Assembly (NCBI RefSeq): GCF_030684315.1
Contig: NC_081372.1
Span: forward strand, 51,308,987-51,372,986
Direction of reading: 5' to 3'
Origin: Stegostoma tigrinum
Lineage: Eukaryota
DNA: 64,000 bases
This document shows, in pieces, positions 1 through 11,245 of the stretch. The translations under genes were made by a program, and so were the position numbers. How positions within the stretch are numbered: the stretch's first letter is position 1; the number at the start of each line of letters is the position of its first letter. Under the pieces are notes generated by a model. That model had not been told where the DNA came from, did not search any database, and saw nothing but the letters and a program-made list of their open reading frames with translations.

Positions 1-1064
1 GAGCTGTGTTCAATTCCACTCTTGGCCAACTGTCTGTGTGGAGTTTGCACATTCTCCCTGTGTCCATGTGTTTCCCCCAGTTGCTCCAGTTCCTTCCCAT
101 AGTCCAAAGACATGCATTTTGGCCAGTTTGGCCATGCTAAGTTGCCCATAGTATCTCGGGGAGAGTAGGTTAGATGAATTAACCATGGGCGATGCAGGGT
201 TACAAGTACAGGGGAGAGCGTGGGATGCTCTGTGGACGAGTGGTGTGGGCTTGATGGGCTGAATAGCCTGCTTCCACACTGTAATGATTCTATCGTTAAA
301 CATAAAGGCACAATGGATCACTCATAACAATCATTTGAGTAAATGTTCACCAACTGCAGCTTGTTGTGCTAATGACTGAGCTGTGGCTCTGTTTGATGCA
401 CTCATGTCTGAATGTCAAGTAGTGGTTTCTCGTCTAACACTCGAACCTGCTGACGAGCGCCCAGTGTAATACCAAGGGTGTGTTGCTTCTCAGATACTTT
501 TTCTTTTGGATGACAGCCACGATCTGTGGATCCTCTAACATGATTTAAAAGACAAGCAGGAGAGGCCAATATTTATTCCTCATAATATCACAAAAACAGG
601 TTATCTACTTCTGTGGGCTTTGTGTATGCAGTTTGATGACTGCATTTCCTTCATAAAATACTGAATACCCTTTCAAAATACTGCATATCTTTAACACCTG
701 TTTAAGATATGCTGTGTTCATGAAAGATGTACCATTTAACTGGAAATGGTTTTGGTGCCAATATAGAAAACTCTTTTGAATGATATAATTGACCATTGTC
801 AACTGCTAAAAATAGAGAACAAAAATCTACAGAATCCGTGGCATTCACTAAATGAAATGCAACAACAATTGGTTGGAAAAACATTGAGATTAGATTTATT
901 AGGAAAGGGTTGCAAATAAACTGTGCAGTGTTCCGTGCCGGTAACAAAATGACAAAGCATTTCGTTCATAGGAGTTACGTCTTCCTCACAAAGAAAAAAA
1001 CTGTAGCAGCCAGGAATTCATTAACTTGTTGAATCATAATGGATTGCTGAGGGACGCTGGTTAC

Positions 1065-1327
1065 TTATTGGGTCTTCTCCATCATCTTCACCCATTCTGT
1101 AGACAGAGGAAGGTATATGATTCTTTTAAATACTCAATACTAAACCAATATAGTATCACTAATGAATTTGTTTTTATTATTTGGACATACAACAAACATC
1201 AAGTTTCCCATCATTGTTCTTGTCCGATTGTTTCATGAATTCATGAATTTCCTCCTCTGCAAAATGTTTCCCAATAGCATTGATGACAACATTCAGCTCA
1301 TGACGATCGATGAAACCATCAGCATTG
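1065..1327 (-). pseudogene. Headless troponin-C-derived cassette, copy 1 (A-type): last two exons only
   Basis: Exon 1327-1191 (AG..GT, 137 nt) reads NADGFIDRHELNVVINAIGKHFAEEEIHEFMKQSDKNNDGKLDVC. Exon 1096-1065 reads (x)WVKMMEKTQ*. The splice junction T|AA makes a stop. TATA, leader exon and the 115-nt exon are deleted at a junction near 2715-2725. Confidence 0.8.
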
Positions 1328-2157
1328 CTGGAGTCAGCAAGAAAAGTATGAATGTCCCCAATCCAGTCAAGTTATCCTACTGACCAAAATAGAAGTTGCT
1401 GCATGAGAAAAGATCAGGTCCATCCTGAGCTTCAGAAACCTCAGGTCTAAAGTCATCTGTTCAATCCGAGAAAGCTACACTTCCCACACAATGTCTCAAA
1501 TTACTCAAGTCCTGAACAGAATAGTGTGCCCTCTACTCTGAATGCAATTTCAAAGAATTTGTCTTTATAAACTTCTATTACATTCAATCCATGCCTCGCT
1601 TCCCTTTAATTGGTATTGTAATCTTGAATACATTTTTGTTTCGACATTTTTGGTCATGGCAGTTTTTGTTTGAAGTATCTTCGGATGATTGTCTCTACTT
1701 ATGCCCTCCGTAGCTTTTTACATGGATCTGACAAGGGCGGCATTGTTGTCCATGCCGAATTGCTCTCGAATGGACTTGCTCGTTGAGTAATTCCAGAATG
1801 CAGTTACACATCAGACACAATTCTAGTGAACTGGAGACACTTTCAGACCAGAGAGGTAAGGATGGTGGATTGTCTTCCATAAAGGACTCAAGTGAATCAG
1901 AGAGGCTTTCACAATAATCAGTGGCAATTGTCACAGTCATCCTTAAGGTTATGCTACAGGTTTTTTGACTGAGATTTCTAATTCAACAGCTGACAGGATG
2001 CGATTTCAAAGCTTGCTCCTGGAGCATCAGCATGGGCCACTGGCTCCTTAGTCCAGTGATAGTTCCACAATCTTCCCATCTCCCTGAAGTGAAAACATGC
2101 TGTCTGCCCATGTTGTCAAAATATCTATGAACTTTGCATCCGTATTTGTGTCACCAC

Positions 2158-2332
2158 CTGCTTGCAACAGTAGTGGACTCACCAAATTTAAGGGCATTTA
2201 AATTGTCATTGGATATACATATGGATGATAATGGAATAGTGTAAGTTAGATGGGCTTCAGATTGGTTTCACAGATCAGCGCAACATCGAGGACCGAATGG
2301 CCTGTGCTGCACTGTAATGTTCTCTGTTCTAT
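2158..2332 (+). mobile_element. CR1/HER1-type LINE 3'-end fragment, present only in A-type units
   Basis: Reads LLATVVDSPNLRAFKLSLDIHMDDNGIV* (CR1 ORF2 C-terminus) followed by the tail GGCCTGTGCTGCACTGTAATGTTCTCTGTTCTAT. Also at ~20066-20240 and ~46653-46827. Absent at the homologous site in other units. Confidence 0.75.
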
Positions 2333-3974
2333 CTTCTTTATTGAAGCGAAAATAGACTCAACTGTCAATCTTTTCCCTCGGTGTATACCTGAGGATTTCT
2401 AGTCTCATCCTCATAAAACCTGGTAGCACGATCTCCAGTGCCACTTCAACCCTTTTTATGAAATGATGAAAGTAACTGCATGTGACAGATGATGCAGATG
2501 AAACAAATTTCAATACATGTTTGACAGTTGCTAGTTTTGCTGGAAACGTTTCTTGCACCAAATGTTTCTGTATTTCTACCTCAATTCAGGTTTGAAGAAA
2601 TTGTGTTGGACCCAGGCACAAACACCGTTTACATGTCTCTAAAGATGGTGCTAAACACGGTGAGATTTGTACTCTATGTACTCAGTGTACTCTATTTTCT
2701 TTCCTTTTTAATATTTGTTTAGCTAGAGGCACACCTGGCTGAGGCTCATTTTGGTTTATTTGTTTACTTTCTTGCACCACATCAATTTCCTTTGACCCCT
2801 GAGGACTGACTCGTCCGCCATCAGTTTTCCCTGTAACCCACTGCATCACAGATCTTTCTTTTGTACGAAAGATGGCCGGGTGGAGAACTAAATTGACAGG
2901 CCTCTGAAATGTGCAAGATTAAAGAATGAAGGCCCCCATTGAAAACCCAGCACAGGAAATGCTTTTGGAATTTTCATGTTTACATCACGCTACGAGATTT
3001 CTTCACCTCCCCAGACCAAGTCCCAGATTCTGTGAGTGCCTGCCTTGAGGTAAGAATTTTCCTCCAAGCAGTCTGGTCTTGAGCTGGGTGCAATTCCACC
3101 CTTGGCCAACTGTCTGCGTGGAATTTGCACATTCTCCCTGCGTGTACATGGGTTTACTCTGGCTACTGCATTTACTTCCCGTAGACCAAAGATGAGCCTG
3201 TTAGTGAACAAACCATGCTTAATTGCCCATGGTATCTTGGGGAGGGTAGACTAGATGAATAAGCCATGGGAAATGCATGGTTACAAGGATAGAGGAGAGT
3301 GAGGGATGCTCTTTGGAGGGTTGGTGTGGACTTGATGGACTAAGTAGACTGTTTCCACAATGTAAGGATTCTATGATAAAATGTAATGGTGCGATGGTTT
3401 ACTCATAACAATCATTTCAGTGAACTGTCACCAACTGCAGCTTGTTGTGCTCTAGACTGTGCTGTGATTCAGTGTGAAGCATTCTTGTGTGTGAATTCAA
3501 ATTTGTAGTTTCCAATCTGGCATTGACAGCAGCTGATTAATGTGTAGTGAATGGCAGTGATAATGTTGAACTTTAAGATAATTTGTCATTTGGATGACAG
3601 CCGTCATCTGTGGATCCTGGGATATGATTTGAAAGGAGAGCCGGAGAGGCCAATATTTATTCCTCATATTATCACAAAAGTGGCTTGTCTACGAATGTAG
3701 AATTTGCTGTGTGCAGGTTGTTGACGAAGTATTCTTCATGAAGTGTTGAATATCCTTTGAAAATACTTCAGTATTTATACGACTATCGAGATATGCTGTG
3801 TTCATGAAAGATGTGCCATGTCAAGAAAATGGTTTTGCTGTCAATATATAGAAACTGCTTTTTCACTTTCTCATTTGATTTTGTTGCCTGCTGGAAATAG
3901 AGGGTAAATATCCAGAGAATCCCTGTCACTCACAAGTGAAATGCAACAACTGGGTGGAAAAAATTGGCATTAAC

Positions 3975-3980
3975 TTTATT
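3975..3980 (-). terminator. Candidate polyadenylation signal AATAAA
   Basis: Lies ~280 nt after the stop codon. It is conserved at 29612-17, 34676-81, 56210-15 and 61274-79, and at 895-900 in the A-type. It is mutated in D-type pseudogenes and deleted in copy 3. Confidence 0.5.
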
Positions 3981-4260
3981 AGGAAATGGTTTTGAATAAA
4001 TTGTGCAGCGTTCCAGGCTGAGAGGAAAATCACTGAACATTTCATACATATGCGTTTGCTTCTTCCTCACAAAGAGAGAATTAGAGCAGCTATGAAGCTC
4101 TTTGCTATATATGTACCTCCAGTCCTGTCAATCAGATTTTGAATTCTTTGCAATCATTGAGTGTATTTCAGATGTCTAGGCAGTTGATCGGAGAAGGGTG
4201 ACGACACACAGGTCATGAAATTGTTGTATCACAGTTGGTTGCTGAGCGATGTTGGCTGTT

Positions 4261-7032
4261 TTACTGGTCATTCTTCAACAACTTCGACCATGCTGTATGT
4301 GGTGGAAGACATTTGATTGAAAGCAGACATAGTTTAAATACTCAATAATAAACCCACACAATATTGATAATTTTTAAAAATTTGCACATACCATCAAAGT
4401 CAAGTTTGCCATCACTGTTCTTGTCCCACTCCCTGATGAGTTCATGAACTTCCTCCTCTGTAACATGCTCCCCAGAAGTCTTGAATGTAAAATACAGCTC
4501 AGAACATTCGATGAAGCCGTCAGCATTGCTAGAGTCATCAAGAAAAGTATGAAAGTCCCCAATCCAGCAATGTTATCTACCTTACCAAAATAGAAGTTGA
4601 GAAAAGATCATATCCATCTAATTTCACTTTCTTTCTGTCTGGAAGTTTACATTATTTAATCTCATCAAGTAATCCAATTTAAAAACTGGCGTACAACAAA
4701 TCTAGATATCATGCACAAACACATGTGGAAATAGCTTCATAAACCTCACATTTGAACTCACCTTTTTCATCCAAAAATGATACATTTCCCACACAATGTC
4801 TCAAATTTCTCAAGACCTGAATTCAATAGTGTGCCCTCTGCTCTGAAAGCAATTACAAATAATTTGTCATTATCACCTTCGATTATGTTCAATTGGAAAT
4901 GGCTTCCCTTTCATTCCAAAGATAAAATTGAATCACACTTTCTGCTCTTCCACAATTGTGTTCGTGACCGTTTTGTTTTCTGAAATCTTCTGTTGATATT
5001 CTCTACTTATGTTCTCCATCGCGTTTTACGTGGATAAGTGTGTTGCTGACAACGACTGCATTGTTGTCCATGCCTAATTGCACTTGAATGGAGTTGCTTG
5101 TTCAGTAATTTCAGAGTGCAGTTACAAATCAGACAGCGTTCCACTGGTCTGGATATATATTCAGGCCAGCAAGGTAAGGATGGCAGATTGTCTTCCTTGA
5201 AGGAGACAAGTGAACCACATAGGTTTTCACAACAACCTCTCAGACTTTTCACTATCATCAACGACATCAGTTTTATGCTGCAGATGTATTGATTGAGTTT
5301 TCTATTTCACTAGCTCACCGGATGAGATTTGAAAGTTTGTTCTTGGAGCATCAGCAGGATCCACTGGCTCACTCGTCTGGGACATTTCCATTATGCTACT
5401 GTCTCCCTGAAGTGAAAACATGCTGTCTATCCACATTTTCAAAACATCTGTGAGTATTGCAACTATCTATGGATCACTGTTTAGTCTTTTTTGTTGAAGG
5501 GAAAATAGTCTCAACTGTTAATACTTTCCTGATGTGTGAAGCTGAGGATTTTTAGTCTCAACCTGGTAAATCCTCAAAGAACTGTCTCCAGGCAACTCTT
5601 ATATCTTTTCGTATAAGATCATGAAAGGTGCACCATGTCACATGCAATGTAAATGAAACAAATTTCCATACATTTTTGCCAGTTGCGAGTCCCGCTAGAA
5701 ATGTTCTAGGAACAAATGTTTCCACACTTCTACCTCACTTTGGATATGAAGAAGTTATATTGAGCTGAAAACACACTTTTTTTTTCTTCTCTAGATAGAT
5801 GGTGTTAAAGCGAGTGACATTAATGATTCTCATTATTATTTCATATTTTCAGCTTCTGAAGTATTTTGTATAATTGATATACGTGCTTGCTACTTTGGTT
5901 TATTTACATGAAGCAAAAGCTAAATTCACCTTTGTGTCAACATATCAGGTGGCTGCTATTTCATCAGAGAGAGATGATTGGTGGTGACTTCGACCAGAGG
6001 GTCACTGTGACTGAGTTGAGTGTTGAGGGGAGTCATTCACGGTAACCTGAGGTGGTGTAGGAATTAAACCCACACTATTGTTTATGCTCTCCCTTGCAAA
6101 CCAGCTAACCAGGCAACTGGGCTAATCAGCCCCGTACCCTACATTTCCTTGAAGCAGGGATGTTTTTCTGATTGCTTTGCTGATCTTTTAGAAACTTGTC
6201 ACTTTTTCAATACATACAACGGAGAATCAACAAACTCAAAATAGAATTGCTGCGCTATCATGTTTACACCAGTCATGTAGAAGCTTAAACTCACCCATCA
6301 AATACACGAAACGATTCTGCGATGTCTTTGTCAGACTTTCCTTTCACTTCTTCTCTCATCAGCCTCCCCGCCATCTTCACCAAGAACTCTTCAAAATCAA
6401 TGGTGCCGCTACCTAAGACCACACTCAGTTGTAAGCTCTGTCCATTGTTAAACATGAATATTTGTGAACCAAACGATTTTTGAAGTGAAACTGCTAATGT
6501 TTAAGCTGCATGTTACCATTTTTGAGACCAATTGCAATCTGAGATTTGACTATCTTTGGGACACCCAAGATATCAGTCAAACATGAAATGAAGTAAACTG
6601 TTGCGTACTAAATCGTGCAGATATGAAATCATTTACAATTAGATTTAGAATTTTATTTATCATGTGTACTCAAGTACAGTATTACAAGAGTACAGTGAAA
6701 ATGCACAACATTGCCACGCATGTCCCATTTCTGGATCAAAGGTACTTGCGCCCAAAAAATATACGTACAAATTAGTAACTGAAAAAGAGTTAAAAAGTTA
6801 AGCATTACCTTCAGATAGCAAGTAGAAAAATAAAGAATAAAGGTCATAGTTAAGATTACAGTTCTTCTTAATTTAGTCTAGAAAGTAGAACAGCTTTTTT
6901 ACCTCCAGTATTTTTCTTATCTGCTCCAGAAGGAATCGTCGAAGAAATAACTTCACAGAGTAAAATTAGACACAACACAATTTGGATTCTCCTGTACATT
7001 GGAATGATCAAACACACAAACTGGAAGACCAT
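4261..7032 (-). CDS. Putative secreted troponin-C-derived EF-hand protein, copy 2 (intact 4-exon model, 138 aa)
   Basis: Exons 7032-6903, 6412-6295, 4528-4392 and 4292-4261, all GT-AG with phases 1/2/1. Product: [138 protein letters not shown]. The last three exons match TNNC2 exons 4-6 ([39 protein letters not shown] / NADGYID..GEHVTDEEI..DKNNDGRIDFD / EFLKMMEGVQ). TATA at 7201-7195, AATAAA at 3980-3975. Linkage of exon 1 is inferred. Confidence 0.72.
5947..6133 (-). mobile_element. Old tRNA-derived SINE in intron 2
   Basis: The minus strand reads GGGCTGATTAGCCCAGTTG (A box)...GTGGGTTTAATTCC (B box)...CAGGTTACC...GTGACCCTC...CACCACCAATCATCTCTCTCT, resembling a common shark SINE. Copies start near 10164, 15116, 26914, 31586, 36652, 41703, 53512, 58184 and 63249. 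Confidence 0.6.
6640..6868 (-). repeat. Probable interspersed-repeat remnant in intron 1
   Basis: TTAGATTTAGA..TCATGTGTACTCAAGTACAG..GTACAGTGAAAA..GTAGAAAAATAAAGAATAAA..AACATTACAG resembles a shark LINE-tail-like repeat. It is present in every full unit. Recognised from memory only. Confidence 0.35.
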
Positions 7033-7194
7033 TTTGCCAAACACTTCAACGCAGCTGGTAAGAATGTCCCTGTGCTTTCTTTGATTTGTCATTTTAATTG
7101 CCCATGATGCTCTCTGGCTGACATTGACTTGGCCTGCTGCACTGTTCCAAGGAAGGTCAATGTGACAAACTGTGCCTTGTCTGTCAATAAAGCA

Positions 7195-7201
7195 TTTTAT
7201 A
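7195..7201 (-). promoter_or_regulatory. TATA box (TATAAAA) of the repeated gene
   Basis: GCTATAAAATGC on the minus strand, ~165 nt upstream of the AAAATGG start. It is invariant in all 9 copies that include this region (also 11408-14, 16359-65, 28158-64, 32831-37, 37896-902, 42946-52, 54756-62, 59429-35). Confidence 0.6.
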
Positions 7202-7809
7202 GCTGCATGGGCTGCAACTTTTCATTCCATTTCACAGAGTGCTACATTTTGTTTCCAAATCTTACCTTTTGAATGTTTGTTCAGTAAAGGTGCTCACCTG
7301 CTTCAGGCACATTTTGGTTTATTTGTTTGATTTCTTGCCCCAAATCAATTTGCTTTAGCCCCAGAAGACCGACTCTTCTGTCATCAATTTTCCCTGTCTT
7401 CCATTGCATCACAGATCTTTCTTTTGCACAAAAGATGGCCGGGTAAAGAACTAAAATGACATGCCTCTGAAATCTGCAAGATGAAAGAATGAAAGCCCCC
7501 ATTGAAAACCCAGCACAGCAATTGCGTTTGGAATTTTCATGATTCCGTCACCCTGTGAGACTTCTTCACCTCCCCGTGCCAACTTCCAGATTCTGTGAGT
7601 GCCTGCCTCGAGATAAGAATTTTCCTCCAAGCAGTTTGGTCTTGATATCTGTCCAGCACATAGATACATATATAGCAAGGTACGATCACCTGGACGTGCC
7701 TACGATTCACGTGTGACTGTTTTGGTTGAATATCTTGAGCCACTGCCATCCATTTAGTGCAAGTCAGCTCACAATGTCTGCATGGAGGGAATACCGGGTA
7801 TGTGAAACA

Positions 7810-8000
7810 AAGTCATGGTGAAATTGGAGATCTAATTCCAAGTCAGGATGGTGAGTGTCTTGGAGGGGAATGTGCAGGTGGTGGTGTTCCCATGTACTTG
7901 CTGCCGTTCTACTTCCAGGTGGTAATGTTCATGGGATAAGCATATTTTTTCGCCAGAACCTTGGTGAATTTCTGTGTTGCATCTTGTAAATGGTGCTGAA
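7810..8000 (-). mobile_element. Degenerate internal fragment of a shark non-LTR retrotransposon
   Basis: TTCCAAGTCAGGATGGTGAGTG..GGAGGGGAA..TGCAGGTGGTGGTGTTCCCATG...CTTGGTGAATTTCTG..TGCATCTTGTA.ATGG. The minus strand gives remnants like TIYKM..WEHHHLH. It recurs at ~11925, 16960, 28483 (partial), 33445, 38510, 43547 and 60045. The family is uncertain. Confidence 0.55.
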
Positions 8001-8464
8001 TGTATTGTTACACGACTTGATCCTTGATTTCATTTTTGTGTCTCATACTTGAAATTGTGTGAGGCAATTGCCATCTCATTTTGTCTATAACACTAACTGT
8101 TGCAGAGTGGATCAGTGGTTGGTACTGCTTCCTCACAGTGACAGAGAGCTGGGTGCAATTCCACCCTTGGCCAACTGTCTGCGTGGGATTTGCACATTCT
8201 CCCTGCGTGTACATGGGTTTGCTCTGGCTACTGCATTTCCTTCCCATAGACCAAAGATGAGCCTGTTAGTGAACAAACCATGCTTAATTGCCCATGGTAT
8301 CTTGTGGATGGTAGACTAGATGAATAAGCCATGGGAAATGCATGGTTACAAGGATAGAGGAGAGTGAGCGTTACTCTTTGGAGGGTTGGTGTGGGCTTGA
8401 TGGACTAAGTAGACTGTTTCCACAATGTAAGGATTCTATGATAAAACGTAATGGTGCAATGGTT

Positions 8465-11245
8465 TTACTGGTCATTCTTCAACAACTTCGACCATTCTGT
8501 AAAGGGTGGAAGACATTTGATTGAAAGCAGACATCGTTTAAATACTCAATAATAAACCCACACAATATTGATAATTTTTAAAAATTTGCACATACCATCC
8601 AAGTCAAGTTTGCCATCAGTGTTCTTGTCCCACTCCCTGATGAGTTCATGAGCTTCCTCCTCTGTAACATGCTCCCCAGCAGTCATGATGGCCAAATGCA
8701 GCTCAGAACAATCGATGAAGCCGTCAGCATTGCTAGAGTCATCAAGAAAAGTATGAAAGTCCCCAATCCAGCAATGTTATCTACCTTACCAAAATAGAAG
8801 TTGAGAAAAGATCATATCCATCTAATTTCACTTTCTTTCTGTCTGGAAGTTTACATTATTTAATCTCATCAAGTAATCCAATTTAAAAACTGGCGTACAA
8901 CAAATCTAGATATCATGCACGAACACATGTGGAAATAGCTTCATAAACCTCACACTTGAACTCACCTGTGTCATCCAAAAATGATACAGTTCCCACACAA
9001 TATCTCAAATTTCTCAAGACCTGAATTCAATAGTGTGCCCTCTGCTCTGAAAGCAATTACAAATAATTTGTCATTATCACCTTCAATTATGTTCAACTGG
9101 AAATGGCTTCCCTTTCATTCAAATGATAATATTGAATCACACTTTCTGCTCTTCCACAATTTTGTTCGTGGCAGTTTTGTTTTCTGAAAATCTTCTGTTG
9201 ATATTCTCTACTTATGTTCTCCATCGCCTTTTACATGGATAAGTGTGTTGCTGACAAGGACTGCATTGTTGTCCATGCCTAATTGCACTTGAATGGAGTT
9301 GTTTGTTCAGTAATTTCAGAGTGCAGTTACAAATCAGACAGCGTTCCACTGGTCTGGATATATATTCAGGCCAGCAAGGTAAGGATGGCAGATTGTCTTC
9401 CTTGAAGGAGACAAGTGAACCACATAGGTTTTCACAACAACCTCTCAGACTTTTCACTATCATCAACGACATCAGTTTTATGCTGCAGATGTATTGATTG
9501 AGTTTTCTATTTCACTAGCTCACCGGATGAGATTTGAAAGTTTGTTCTTGGAGCATCAGCAGGATCCACTCGCTCACTAGTCTGGGACATTTCCATTATG
9601 CTACTGTCTCCCTGAAGTGAAAACATGCTGTCTATCCACATTTTCAAAACATCTGTGAGTATTGCAACTATCTATGGATCACCCTTTAGACTTTTTTGTT
9701 GAAGGGAAAATAGTCTCAACTGTTAATACTTTCCTGATGTGTGAAGCTGAGGATTTTTAGCCTCAACCTGGTAAATCCTCAAAGAACTGTCTCCAGGCAA
9801 CTCTTATAGTACAAAATCTTTTAGTATAAAATCATGAAAGGTGCACCATGTCACATGCAATGTAAATGAAACAAATTTCAATCCATGTTTGACAGTTGCG
9901 AGTCCTGCTGGAAGTGTTCTAGGAACAAATGTTTCCACACTTCTACCTCACTTTGGATATGAAGAAGTTATACTGAGGTGAAGACACAGACTCTTTTTTT
10001 TTCTTCTCTATATAGATGGTGTTAAAGCGAGTGGCATTAATGATTCTCATTATTATTTCATATTTTCAGCTTCTGAAGTATTTTGTATAATTGATATACT
10101 TGTTTGCTACAATGGTTTATTTACATGAACTAAAAGGTAAATTGACCTTTGTGTCAACATTTCAGGTGGCTGCTATTTCATTAGCGAGAAATGATTGGTG
10201 GTGACTTCGACCAGAGGGTCACTGTGACTGAGTTGAGTGTTGAGGGGAGTCATTCACGGTAACCTGAGGTGGTGTAGGAATTAAACCCACACTATTGTCT
10301 ATGCTCTCCCTTGCAAACCAGCTAAACAGGCAACAGAGCTAATCGTCCCCGTACCCTACATTTCCTTGAAGCAGGGATGTTTTTCTGATTGCTTTGCGGA
10401 TCTTTTAGAAACTTGTCTCTTTTTCAATGCAAACAACGGAGAATCAACAAACTCAAAATAGAATTGTTGCTCTATCATGTTTATACCAGTCATGTAGAAG
10501 CTCAAACTCACCCATCAAATACATGAATGAATTTTGCGATGTCTTTATCAGACTTCCCTTTCACTTCTTCTCTCATCTGCCTCGCCATTGTCACCAAGAA
10601 CTCTTCAAAATCAATGGTGCCGCTACTTAAGACCACACTCAGTTGTAAGCTCTGTCCATTGTTAAACATGAATATTTGTGAACCAAACGATTTTTGAAGT
10701 GAAACTGCTAATGTTTTTGCTGCATGTTACCCTTTTTGAGACCAATTGCAATCTGAGATTTGACTATCTTTGGGACACCCAAGATATCAGTCAAATGTGA
10801 AATGGAGTAAACTGTTGCGTACTAAATCGTGAAGATATGAAATAATTTACAATTAGATGTAAAATTTTTTTATCATGTGTACTCAAGTACAGTATTACAG
10901 GTGTACAGTGAAAATGTACAACATTGCCACGCATGTCCCATTTCTGGATCAAAGGTAGTTGCGCCCAAAAAATGTCGGTACAAAATAGTAACTGTAAAAG
11001 AGTTAAAAAGTTAAGCATTACCTTCAGATAGCAAGTAGAAAAATAAAGAATAAAGGTCATAGTTAACATTACAGTTCTTCTTAATTTAGTCTAGAAAGTA
11101 GAACAGCTTTTTTACCTCCAGTGTTTTTCTTATCTGCTCCAGAAGGAATCGTCGAAGAAATAACTTCACAGATTAAAATTACACACGACACAATTTAAAT
11201 TCTGCTGTACATTGGAACGATCAAACACACAAACTGGAAGACCAT
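8465..11245 (-). pseudogene. Troponin-C-derived gene copy 3, multiply disabled
   Basis: Exons 11245-11116 (nonsense ATT TAA after MYSRI), 10626-10512 (acceptor TTAG changed to TTAA), 8732-8596 and 8496-8465. About 860 nt of 3' region, including the AATAAA, is deleted directly after the stop. There is also a ~90 nt promoter deletion at ~11445. Confidence 0.8.

Noticed and set aside
5007-5292. Recurring ORFs MSLMIVKSLRGCC.. (-) and MFSNFRVQLQ.. (+) in almost every unit
   Set aside because: They lie in intron 2, have no recognisable domain and vary in length between unit types. They recur only because the unit is repeated.
4261-6412. Calling the copies bona fide TNNC2 or calmodulin
   Set aside because: The N-lobe exons are absent from every unit. 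The KGKS linker and exon sizes favour troponin C over calmodulin, but the copies are diverged derivatives, so no gene symbol was assigned.
6653-6847. Hydrophobic ORF MTFILYFSTCYLK.. with a good donor AAG|GTAATG at 6808 as an alternative first exon
   Set aside because: It is phase 0 and so incompatible with the phase-1 EF-hand exon, and it overlaps an AT-rich repeat remnant.
7451-7749. ORFs ..CLEENSYLEAGTHRIWKLARGGEE.. upstream of the TATA box as an extra exon
   Set aside because: No recognisable homology, frames differ between copies, and the region is partly deleted in several units.
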